Source of the DNA: Zancudomyces culisetae HAW-14-8
Taxonomy: Eukaryota; Fungi; Kickxellomycota
Length of the DNA stretch: 64,000 nucleotides
Assembly (NCBI GenBank): GCA_052426225.1
Contig: JBNJNM010000011.1
Span: 124,001-188,000 of the forward strand
Direction: 5' to 3'
Positions 51,701 through 62,163 of the stretch are shown here, one piece after another. The notes under the pieces are model-generated. The model saw only the letters and a program-made list of their open reading frames with translations, was not told where the DNA came from and did not search any database. Every line of letters starts with the position of its first letter. Position 1 is the stretch's first letter. A program made the translations under genes and the position numbers.

Positions 51701-53334
51701 TTCCATTGGAGTATTACTATCAAAAATCCTATTAAAGCCAACCCATAAGAAATATTCATAAATATCGTCACAGTTCCTTTCTGCACCTACTGGCCGGGAA
51801 AATGCTCGATATAATGGATATACAATATCGTCAAATTCAGCCACTGCACTCCCTAAGCCTTCAGTTTCTCTCTGTTCCTTACTCAAAAATCTCACTGATG
51901 ACGGAGTTTCTTGAAAACTTTGTGGAATGCGCAAAAAACTAATACTCCCATTACATTCATCAAGTTGTTCTTGAAATTTTCCTAAAATAATGCTGTCCAT
52001 ATACTTGTCCATCATTGATGATATGTTACTATTGACAAAAAATGATACTTCATCACGATACAATTTGGCTATTAATATCACTGAGCGACGTACATTTGTT
52101 AACTCTGTGATACTTCCAATTATGCCTTTTATCTGTGTTGGACAATTCGTAATTTCTTCAAAAGTGACCAAGTAGGTAGAAAAATCGATGTCCATTCCTG
52201 TCAAAAAATCAGCAGAAAATACATTTCGTTGATTTTTAAAGTTTTCACCTTGTGCATCGATTTTACTTTTCAAAGCTGCAAAGTTGACATCATTTATGTT
52301 TTTTTGTTTTAACAGCTCTTCAATCGTTTCCATGACATTTTTTGTGCACAAAAGTTCTTGTGAATTAAATTCCACATGGTCCAAATAATTTACTTTGACG
52401 TCATTCAGTCTATCTAACCTCAATAGAATCTTATATACCGCTTCAGTTTGTTCAAAAACATTATCCAATTTAATTTTATGTTCCATTAACTTCATAAGCT
52501 CCGCATTACGTATCTCATCAATAAAATCCTTGGCCTCATTATTGTTTTTGTAAATGGGAACAGGGGGTGCTCCATTATTCATATACCTTTCTACCGCAAC
52601 TTTGAATCCTTCTTTAGTCACAGACTCACTCCCGCGCTTTACCAACACCTCGCCCACAACTGTCCCTAATTCAGTGCAACCAGTATTTTTGTATCCTTTC
52701 TTCATGATTCCAGTATTCACATACTCATATTGGTTCATATCCACAGATTCACGTTTATCCAAAAAGCTACCACTGTTGCTCTTTACATCTATTCCTTTGC
52801 TGGCTCCCTTCATATCCTCCCCTTTTTTTTCATCCACATTTAAACCCAATTTTTGCAAATCGACTCCATTTTTGTTTTTCATATTCAATACACCAGCTAT
52901 TTATGAGTTACGTATGATTAGTATATACTAGTATCCTTTGGGTTATGTACAATACAACTATTGTATTTATAGTGATAAATCCAATTTTGACATTGGTTTC
53001 CAGTTGATTACAACAATCCGTTTCATCAAATCAAATCAAATCAAACTAAATCAAACCAAATCAAACCAAACCAAATCAAACTAAATCAAACCAAATCAGA
53101 AAATAGCAACCATTAAGAAAAAGATTAATCAAGATTAACTCAATTACCTGATATGCCTTTGAACTCTTTAGCATCATTAAAATATACCACCCCACTTTGT
53201 TTAGTAGCATCACTAAACTGAAGGTAGTGGTATTGTTGCACGGTTTGCTCACCACTCGATCCATCGCGTGATACCACTCCTCCACACCATAATGCTGATA
53301 CCACACAAAATTCAAATCCAATTCTAGCTTTCAT
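45707..53334 (-). CDS. Giant (~2458 aa) orphan protein, predicted secreted and C-terminally anchored, largely alpha-helical/coiled-coil; exons 53334-53148, 52896-45707
   Basis: 7.2-kb uninterrupted ORF. The upstream exon MKARIGFEFCVVSALWCGGVVS... splices in frame (CAG|GTAATT...TACTAAT...AATAG|CT) and supplies a signal-peptide-like leader. C-terminus YSYYSFYLIFFALFFIFI*. K/N/E/L/I-rich. Confidence 0.85.
53026..53097. repeat. (TCAAA/CCAAA/CTAAA)n pentamer array inside intron 1 of the giant gene
   Basis: tcaaa tcaaa tcaaa tcaaa ctaaa tcaaa ccaaa ... about 14 units. Confidence 0.85.
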
Positions 53335-55424
53335 TCTTGATTCTGATAAAAACGTCTTAGCTTGCTTTTTATTTTTACTTTTTTACTTTTTTAACTTGTA
53401 ATTTTTATTATTTTTCTAATGGTTTTTTTCTGCACAATAGTCTTGTTCAGTGAGTCCTAAAGTATTGTTGCTACTGCTACTGCTACTGCAAATATATAAA
53501 TAAATAATGCTATTGAATCCTTATTACTACCGTGGCTTTATAGAAATTTCTTGGCTGAAACAATTAAAATTGCACACTATTAACTATATCTTTTAAAATT
53601 TTTTTTTACTTTAAACTATTCAACTCCTAACGACTTTAGCTTAATTACCATACCGAAATGTGATAATGCTCTTAAAATAGTAATGAAGCGCTGATGGAGA
53701 AGTTGGAAGCCATATTTATAGATTTTTTCAGTTTTGATAGACCCCTTCTTCTATTAGTATGGGCTGGGTTTATGAGGTTCACTCTTCTTTTGATGTACAT
53801 AGCACTTATAATTTTCTTTAAAACTTCTTTAGTTACCATTTCTAACTCTTATAACCTGCTTCTAAAAACACATTAAGCCGAACCACGAATCGATCGCTAC
53901 CAATCATCAAGAAAACACTTCTACTTTTAAAATGTATATTTTTTCCTTTGGAAATAAATGTTTTTCTCCCATAAATACACATCTACATTTAGTATAGGTC
54001 TAAAACAGCACAAAGTGATATGGTATTCCAAAAATTCTTTATTTAAGGACACTTCCCATTTGAGAAAGCGCAAATCGATTTGCTAAAAAAAAGATAATAA
54101 TCTAATAAAGAGTGCTGCAGATTCTTTACTCAATTCATTTTTGAAGTACACTTTCCATAACATGGCGAAATGCAAAATTAGTTTTTCAGTTCTTATTTTG
54201 ATATTTTCGGTTATCTATTTTAGCTATACAGGAGGTCCTAGGTTTTTACACTCCGAAAGATTGGTTTATCTACAGGCCTTATTTTAATATTTTTCATATA
54301 ACGGTCGCTTGGGAACCCAAGAAAGCACACTACGTTTTTTTGGAACGGATTTTTTTTTTCTGTAAGTTCTAAAAAGCTTTTTGCTAATATATTATTGGTA
54401 TAGTTTAGATTATTAAGAAAGTTAAGCAAGTCAAAAAAATATATAATATTCGAGTAAAAACTCTTTAAAGCAGTAATAAAAATCCCTACATGTTACATAT
54501 TACACATTTGCATTTGCATTAAATTTACCAAACGAGAAAAATAACACTGCTAAGTAATCCAAATATAGCTGAGTATCTGCAGACGTACTTGGACTTCCAA
54601 AGAAGCACACCCATATTTAGTTATTCTGTCTTTTCATATCTGAGCTATTGGGAATAGAAAATTCACTAAATAGGGTATTAACACCTGCACTCTGATATAC
54701 ACAAACATCAAAGACGTTTGTTATAAATATATCATTTTATTTTGTGCAGCAAACACCAAAAAAAGAAAAGAAAAAAAAACTTCAATCACAATTGGTCACC
54801 ACAATGTATATCTTTCCAAATAGTACTCATCAGTAACATCTCTATTCGCCTCTTTCGACAGTAGTTTGCAATGGTTCGGATTAATAGTTAAATTTTCTGG
54901 TTTGTAACTTTTTTTTCTTCCTACTGCCTCGTGCTGCTTACATCTCTTTTCTTTAAGCAGGCACGCATTTTTTGAGTGTTATAAAACTGCCATGTATCCA
55001 CTATTATCTTTACAGAGTTGGAAGAAGAAGAGTAGGCCCGCTTTCGGACCACCCTGTATAGTTACAGCTTTTCTATTTATTTTCAAACGTTTTTTTTTTT
55101 GCGATTTCTATTTGATGTACTCTGTACCAACACCACAAGGTGCCTATTGTACTTGCATCCATACTTTTGCCCTAAAAAAGGATTTATCGCTTTTTTGTTT
55201 GTTTTTTTTTGTGTCACTCCATCTGCCGATTCTTCAAATCCGTACGAAGAAAATCTCCAGGACAGCTAACGAACAGTAACACAAATTTCAGATATACCCA
55301 GTGAAGTGAATAAATAATATTTATTGAAAAATTAATTCAGCATGCAGAATATGCAAGTTGTCAAACCCACCAATTAAAATTATACGTAACAAAGTTATCA
55401 AGCTTTTGGAAAGAAAAAAGGGGA

Positions 55425-56864
55425 TTAGAGTATATATCTGAACTGAGGATGGTCATCGTATAGTTGTTCTTGTTCAACCTCAGTCAAATGAGAAACATCT
55501 TCTGCGTGTTTATCCCTATTTGAGTTTACCTTCTTAAAGTACATTGCAAGAATAAAGGTTAGCACAATAGTGAGGAGATTGAAGCCAGCAATAAACATGT
55601 ATCCCAGTGTGAATCTGGGGAGGTACTTTGTGGTAAGCATGACCGGAATAACGGCACCCGACAGATTTCCAATAGAAAAGACAACTGCTGAGACAACCAA
55701 ACGCTTTCCAATTCCGCCCTGGTTAACTGACATCCATGAGAGGAATATTGGGAAAGATGGATAGAGTCCAATACCCACGCATACAAATGCAATAATCTTT
55801 AGAGTTTTACCAGATCCGAAATACATTAAAAACAGGGCCGCTGTCTCAAATCCCAACATAGCTATAATGTTCACAAATAATGGTACTCTCTTTGGAATAT
55901 ATAGGGAAGCTATTAGAGATATAAGCCCAGCAGCGCCTGGAATTCCAGTCATGTATGTTGCAGTAACTGAGCTGTATCCAAGGCCTTTAAGCAGGGTTGG
56001 TCCAAATATTCCCACAAAATTCAAGCCATTGATAATCGCTAGATTTCCAATACAATATATGGCCGTTTTCCAGTCAAAGATTGCCCTAACTGCTCCCCAA
56101 AACGAAAGTTTTGATCTTGTAGCAAGTCCTTGATCGGCTCTTAGTTTTTTCAAAAGTACAGTTTTCTCTTCTGTGGTCAAAATTGTACACGTTTCGGGGT
56201 AGTTTTCAAGAATAAAATACGAAGCCACTCCAAAAACGAGCGTAATTCCTCCTTCTACCAAGAAAATCATCTGATAAGGCTTCAATGATGACTTTACCGA
56301 TGCAAGAGCACCAGCCAGTGGACTTCCAACCATTGCAGAAATTGGAAGTGAAGCAAAGAACACTCCCATTCTGAAACCGATTTCCTCTCTGGTGTACCAG
56401 TATGGAAGATACGCAACCATACCTGGTGAAAAACCAGCCTCGACTGCACCCAAAATCGATCTAAATACAATAAAGAGACTGGCAGTCTTTGCCACGGCTT
56501 GCAACATACATGCTACAGACCATGCCACAGCAATAAAAGAAAACCAGTATCGCGGTTTAACTTTCTTCAACAGTATGTTTGCTGGAAGCTCCAGAGTTGT
56601 GTAAAATATGTAAAACGTAGCTGTAACCAAAGCCTGTAGCGAGTCAGTTAACGACAGCTCTTTGATCAATCCATTTACCAAAGCGGCACCTATATTACCT
56701 CTATCCATCAACGAACCGACATAAAGAATGACTATTATCGGGAGAAGCCTTGTATCAAGTTTTCTTAGAGCCTTTTTTGAATGGATAAGCTCCTCTGCGG
56801 TTAACGCAATTTGTGTATTAACTGCTATCTTTTCATCCCCAAGTGTTACTTCTTCACCTTTCAT
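55425..56864 (-). CDS. MFS transporter, anion:cation symporter family (Tna1/Dal5-like)
   Basis: LRKLDTRLLP...DRGNIGAA, ELPANILLKK, LGAVEAGFSPG...WYTREEIGFR, IFLVEGGIT, C-terminal HPQFRYIL; about 12 hydrophobic segments. Confidence 0.92.
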   Translation of the reverse strand: MKGEEVTLGDEKIAVNTQIALTAEELIHSKKALRKLDTRLLPIIVILYVGSLMDRGNIGAALVNGLIKELSLTDSLQALVTATFYIFYTTLELPANILLKKVKPRYWFSFIAVAWSVACMLQAVAKTASLFIVFRSILGAVEAGFSPGMVAYLPYWYTREEIGFRMGVFFASLPISAMVGSPLAGALASVKSSLKPYQMIFLVEGGITLVFGVASYFILENYPETCTILTTEEKTVLLKKLRADQGLATRSKLSFWGAVRAIFDWKTAIYCIGNLAIINGLNFVGIFGPTLLKGLGYSSVTATYMTGIPGAAGLISLIASLYIPKRVPLFVNIIAMLGFETAALFLMYFGSGKTLKIIAFVCVGIGLYPSFPIFLSWMSVNQGGIGKRLVVSAVVFSIGNLSGAVIPVMLTTKYLPRFTLGYMFIAGFNLLTIVLTFILAMYFKKVNSNRDKHAEDVSHLTEVEQEQLYDDHPQFRYIL

Positions 56865-57512
56865 TTTTTTTTTGTTCTTGCGTTTCGCTATTCCTTTGTG
56901 TTAATGCTTTTTTTTAATATTAAATTATATTGCTTTATGTATACACAGCTTTTGAGTATGTACTTTTATACAATCACAGTAAGATAAAAATTATGATTTA
57001 GTCTATTTGAATACACTACATCTGGCCATTATATACTTTTTCTTGATACTCTTATTCTGAACATTTGTAGTTTTTATGCATGGATATGAAACATGTGTCG
57101 AGTTCAAAATATGGTTTTGATAAAACTCAAATACGCCCGAATGTTTGTGAGCATAGATATTTAGTTTACTTTCTGGTTGAATTAGTCTATAATGCTTAAA
57201 CACTTTTTTCACATTTTAAATCTGTTTCTTTTGAGTAAAAAAAAAATAGATTTTCGCGCAAGTTTAATTGCAGATTTGTTTAAAATCCTTGGAGAGGGGA
57301 GGGGTTCAGACAATTGGTATTAAATATATGATATTTAGATAATTTCAGGGGAAACTTTCACAAATGCTAAAAGAAACTTCACCCCTATTTTGTCGATTCT
57401 GGCTATAAAGTGGTTTTATATGCGATTCTGACTAACTAGTCCGCTGTTAATAGCTGAATTCTCATGACAGGTAAATCAACATGCATATCTCTATATTGAT
57501 TATGTTCGGATG

Positions 57513-57570
57513 TTTGGATACTTGGATATTTGGATATTTGGACATTTGGATATTTGGATATTTGAATATT
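57513..57570. repeat. (TTTGGATA)~7 octamer tandem repeat upstream of the MFS gene
   Basis: tttggata cttggata tttggata tttggaca tttggata tttggata tttgaata. Confidence 0.85.
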
Positions 57571-59364
57571 GAAAAGATAAAGTATATACTACTATTCTAC
57601 CCCTTTAACAACACCTTTCCATAGTTTATTATCTTTTTTAATCATTGTGTAACTTATATGGGATAAAGCACTGTGCTTACCCATATTTTTGTCAGAATTG
57701 TTTGGGTCTGTTCAAAAAGCAAACCAACACATATTTTGTAAGATACAGGCCAATACCCATGGTCACTTTTAAAAATGGTTTGAAAACATTGTTTTCAGCG
57801 TAATACAATATCTTGATCCATAATGTTTTCTGGGTTACATCTGGACAAATTTTGGAAAACCCGAGATGGGAATTCAATGGCCCCATTGTTAGCCTTTTTT
57901 TCCTATACAAGAGCATGAATATATGTATTAAGCATACCACCTCTGTATAAAACCAGTAAATCTACATGAAGTTCTTTTGAATTTGGAGCAACAATTTCAC
58001 AAGAGAAATTATCAATTTTGTATTTTTATTGTATTAAGTGGGTTTCAGCATTAAATGCAATAATATTTGTCGAAGATTCATAGAACTTTTCAAGAAATAA
58101 ATGAAGCACAATTCCAACATGTTTTAAATGTGGCCAAAGTCAAAAATGTTTCCAAGTTTCAACGTGAAAGTAAACGCAGGTAAATATAATAAATCACAAA
58201 ATAATGTATATCGCCGGACTTAAAGGTTACAGGATCGCACATGAAAAATGTATTCCTGTGTAACTGCGCTCCAGTTTATTCAAATAGATTTACTGCATCG
58301 CATTTTATGAGTTCAAGCATATGTATCCTATCAATTGCTGCAATACATATTCAGTAATTAGAGATTTTATTACTATTATTGTTGTTCATACACTGCTTTG
58401 TTCCTAATGTTATAGCTGTTATTTTTGAAAAAAGATTGTGTCTATGCTCAAAGTGTGACCACTCTGAAAAAACAATAAAAACAACTCTAGCTACTACAAA
58501 CTTTGCTTGAGTCAGAGTTTTTTCTGGTCTGCTTATTCTATACACCTATAGCAGGGTTTTTCAACGCAAAAAAATTAAAACATAAAAAAACATCATCTGA
58601 AAGCTCAGACCTCTACAAAAATAGATGGATATAACGAAAACCTTACTTTTATCTCATTTTTATCCCGTTCATTTTGTTCATTTTTCCTACTTCGATTACG
58701 TAATGCTACCAGACTTTATTTCAATCTGAAACAGCTAACTATCCCTATAAAGAAATTCTAGACCAAATATATATTCGTACTAAAAAGGCCAACATCCAAT
58801 TGCAATACTCAATATTTTTTTTTGGAAAAACAGCTGTTTGGTATTCAAGGTGTAGTGGTTGAATGGGTTCAAACACAGTCAGTGGAGTATATGTGACAGT
58901 ATGCAAACCAGCACTATAGTTGATTTATACCTGACCACACACTTTTACTATTTGCACAAATGAAAAGAGGAACAGGTGGTGTTAATATGTATTACATTAA
59001 ATAATTTAGTGGTAATGTATAATGTCTTGTGTGAGTTATCTTTTGGAAGTGCTAGGTATTTTCGACTCCAAGCCTTCTGCACTGTGCGCACTTGGAGCTG
59101 AAAGCCCATCCGCACAAATCATAAAATAAGGAGCATGTGCCTACATAGAGTCAGTGTGCATGTATTTCTGTGATTGTTACTATTTCCTCACATATATGGT
59201 TATATTGCTAAAAATGTCTGAAAAAAAAGAACGCTAATAATAATTACCAAAACGGGGGGGGGGGGAGTAGTATTATCAAGACCCAAACAAGGAAAAACAA
59301 TGGTTGTAATATCGTCCCCTAACAAGAAAGCATGCAAATATAACAAAAAGTATAAAAAGGTAAA

Positions 59365-61085
59365 TTAATAGGCCATTGCACGAAGCTTCTCAATATCTTC
59401 AACAGTTTTGGGGCAGGTTGTAAGGTTGAGATGGCCATTGCTAGTCACAACAATATTATCCTCAATTCTAACACCACCAACACATCTATATTCTTGTACA
59501 CGGTCAAAGTCTACAAAGGATGACAACACAGGAGATTTCTTAAGATCGTTGATGAGGTCGTCAACAAAATAAATTCCAGGCTCAACAGTCAGAACCATAC
59601 CTTCAAGAAGCTCGCGGCGAACTCTTAGGTAGCGAATTCCTGGTTCATTTATTCTTTCGACACCCTTTGGATAACCAGCACAATCGTGGACATCAATTCC
59701 AAGGAAGTGGCCAACACCATGTGGCATAAAGTAGCCGAATACATGGCTTGCAAGAATATCCTCCAAGTTTCCTTTTAGAACACCAATGTCTAGCAAGCCT
59801 TGAGCACCAATGCGGGTCGATATGCGGTGGATATCCTCCCATTGAACGTGTGGGCGGATATTTTCAAGACAGGCCATTTGCATATCCAGAACAATCTGGT
59901 AAATTTCACGCGCTTTTGGAGTGAATTTGGGTCCGATGGGCCAGGTGCGTGTTATATCTGCATTGTATCCATTGTATCTCCCAGCAGCATCAACCAAGAT
60001 AAGCTCTGATTCATCATCCATTATTTGGTTGTTATCAATGTAATGTAGAGTTGCTGCATTTCTTCCCTTTGCAAAAATTGATGTATATGCTTCGCATTGG
60101 CAGCCTTCCTCAAGTAGTTTTCCAACGAATTTTCCGCATGCATTATATTCAGCCTGGCCCACTTTCACCTCCTTCATTATCTTTTCATGAGCGATTGAGC
60201 TCACATCACTGGCCTTTTTTAGTAGCTCTATTTCACCAGAATCTTTATAAACTCTTGCCTCGTGGATAGCACTATTTTTTTTGAGACAATAGGTATTAGA
60301 AACATAGTCTTTAAACAAAATTGCATAAGATCACTTACTCTAAAAGTTCCTCCGAGTCTATCTCAACGTCTAAGCCCTTCAAAAGTGCATCAGATTGGTA
60401 TCCCACCCTGTAAACCTTTTTAACGCCGAGCTCTTTTACCAGTTGCGGTATGGCATCGAAAAACGCAACTCGCTCAAATCCATACTTCTTCTTGAGATCA
60501 TCAAATGTTGCTATTTTTTTTGAAACAAGATCAGCACAGGTTTGTTAGATAAATACATTTTAAAATTAGAGAAAATAGCAGACAAATGCAGAGTTTCCAA
60601 TCAAACAGAAGCATTAAATAAAATAAATGACTTACGTCTTTTTCCGATCCACACCTCATCATCAGGAGAAACGTATGCTGTGAGCAAAATTGGTGTCTGT
60701 GACGAAATGTCATAAAACAAGGCAAAATCTTGCTGGTTTACACCCGAGACATACAGCATATTTGAATCTTGGATGAATGAATATGCCTATATGTAGATAT
60801 TTAAAATTTCAGCATGTTGAATAACCACTTCCACAAATATATAAGCATAATTTTTTACTAAAATGCTAGTAGTGTCAAATATAATGAACAGAGTCCTCGG
60901 CTCATAATAATCCGGAAAGAAAAAGAAAAGTTACGTACCCCATCAGAGTCTGGGTGGCATTTTTCACCAAAACCCTGAACAAAGAATGCAGCGCTTTGGT
61001 CTGTCAAGCGCTTTGCAACATTCAAACAGTGTTGGGCAGCCGAAAAGACTGGTCCTGCTCTTTGCTCTGTTGGTAGTTCTAACAT
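59365..61085 (-). CDS. Xaa-Pro dipeptidase/aminopeptidase (M24B, prolidase-like); exons 61085-60939, 60786-60636, 60510-60339, 60271-59365
   Basis: AMP_N exons (FIQDSNMLYVSGV...EVWIG) splice in frame to the catalytic domain carrying AATLHY, LVDAAG...ADITRTWP, PHGVGHFLGIDVHD, TVEPGIYF and GGVRIEDN. Confidence 0.93.
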
Positions 61086-61860
61086 TTTTCTGATATACTA
61101 TTTTCTTGTTGCTGTTTCTGTCTTGCTTTTGCTATGAAATTGTGATTATTTCCTAAAACACGTTATATTCGTACAAAAAGGTAATCGAAGAATTTTTCTT
61201 ATTTAGCTTTTCAACCAAGAACTATATAAACGATTCTTATCAAACTCAAAAAAGAAAACGCTAAGAATCCCCCTATTTATCGTTTTTCTTTTGTTTCCTT
61301 TTTTTTCTATGTCCAAATTTGTTAGCAATTATTAACTTGGTGGTTAATTTTGTCAAGCCATGATTATATAATAATCGTAAAATCGAAATTTGCAACAAAT
61401 AAACAGTCGCTGGAGGATGGAAATGGGGAGGATTATTAATATATGCTTTGAGTTTACTTGCCTATCCCTAACAAATTTATAAAGAATGTTAATAAATGTT
61501 GAAATCATGAATTTAACTGGATGTCACCCCTCCCTCTTCGAGGTGGAATTATGTGAATACATTAATAATTGCCTGACAATTCCCAGAAACTCCCCTTCAG
61601 CTTTTTGAAGTGGTTTTTTGAGCTACTTTGTCAGATGTTATATCCTTCGAGCCACTTCTACTTTTCCGGGAACTAGCAGGTTTATTGCAATAAAAAATTC
61701 CTACATGCTCTTAAACCTCACTGCTACACCCCTTGGCAATATCTTGGTTAAAATTTTCTTATGTAAACATAAGACATAGTACAAAAATTGGCAGACATTG
61801 AAGAAAAAAAAAGCTGCTCACAAAAATTTGTTTGTTTCACCTTGACTGTTGTGAATGTGA

Positions 61861-62163
61861 AATTGTAACTCAAGCCCTCATTTTAATAATATGTGCTAGG
61901 GTGCCATACCAGCTCAACCACCACAACACAGCACATACCACCATTTTCAAAATCTAAGATCAAAATAAAAATGCGCCAAGCAAGTGGGTGGCCAGAGATT
62001 CCCAACAACGCTTCCAATGTGTTGGCCTAAAGCGCATTTTCTGTGTATGTTAGCTCTACGTCTAGTGAAAATCTGCACGAGTCAAAGTAATATTCGCCTG
62101 TAGGCTGAGGGGACCTAGGCCGCAATTGGTCTCTCACCGGTTGTGCTATCTTGGGTCACTATC
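61861..62163 (-). ncRNA. Candidate structured non-coding RNA (~300 nt), class unassigned
   Basis: Nested helices found by eye: a 5'/3' closing stem, a stacked CCCUCA/UGAGGG helix, a 10-bp hairpin base and a 14+8-bp hairpin with 8 G-U pairs that form only on the minus strand. Locally GC-richer than the flanks, with no ORF. Confidence 0.4.

Noticed and set aside
43511-57570. Short tandem arrays (14-, 5- and 8-mers) considered as CRISPR-like repeats
   Set aside because: No unique spacers, no cas genes and a eukaryotic context; ordinary mini- and microsatellites.
61954-61963. CTAAGATCAA, resembling part of U2 snRNA
   Set aside because: The branch-point recognition sequence GTGTAGTA and the U2 5' end are absent.
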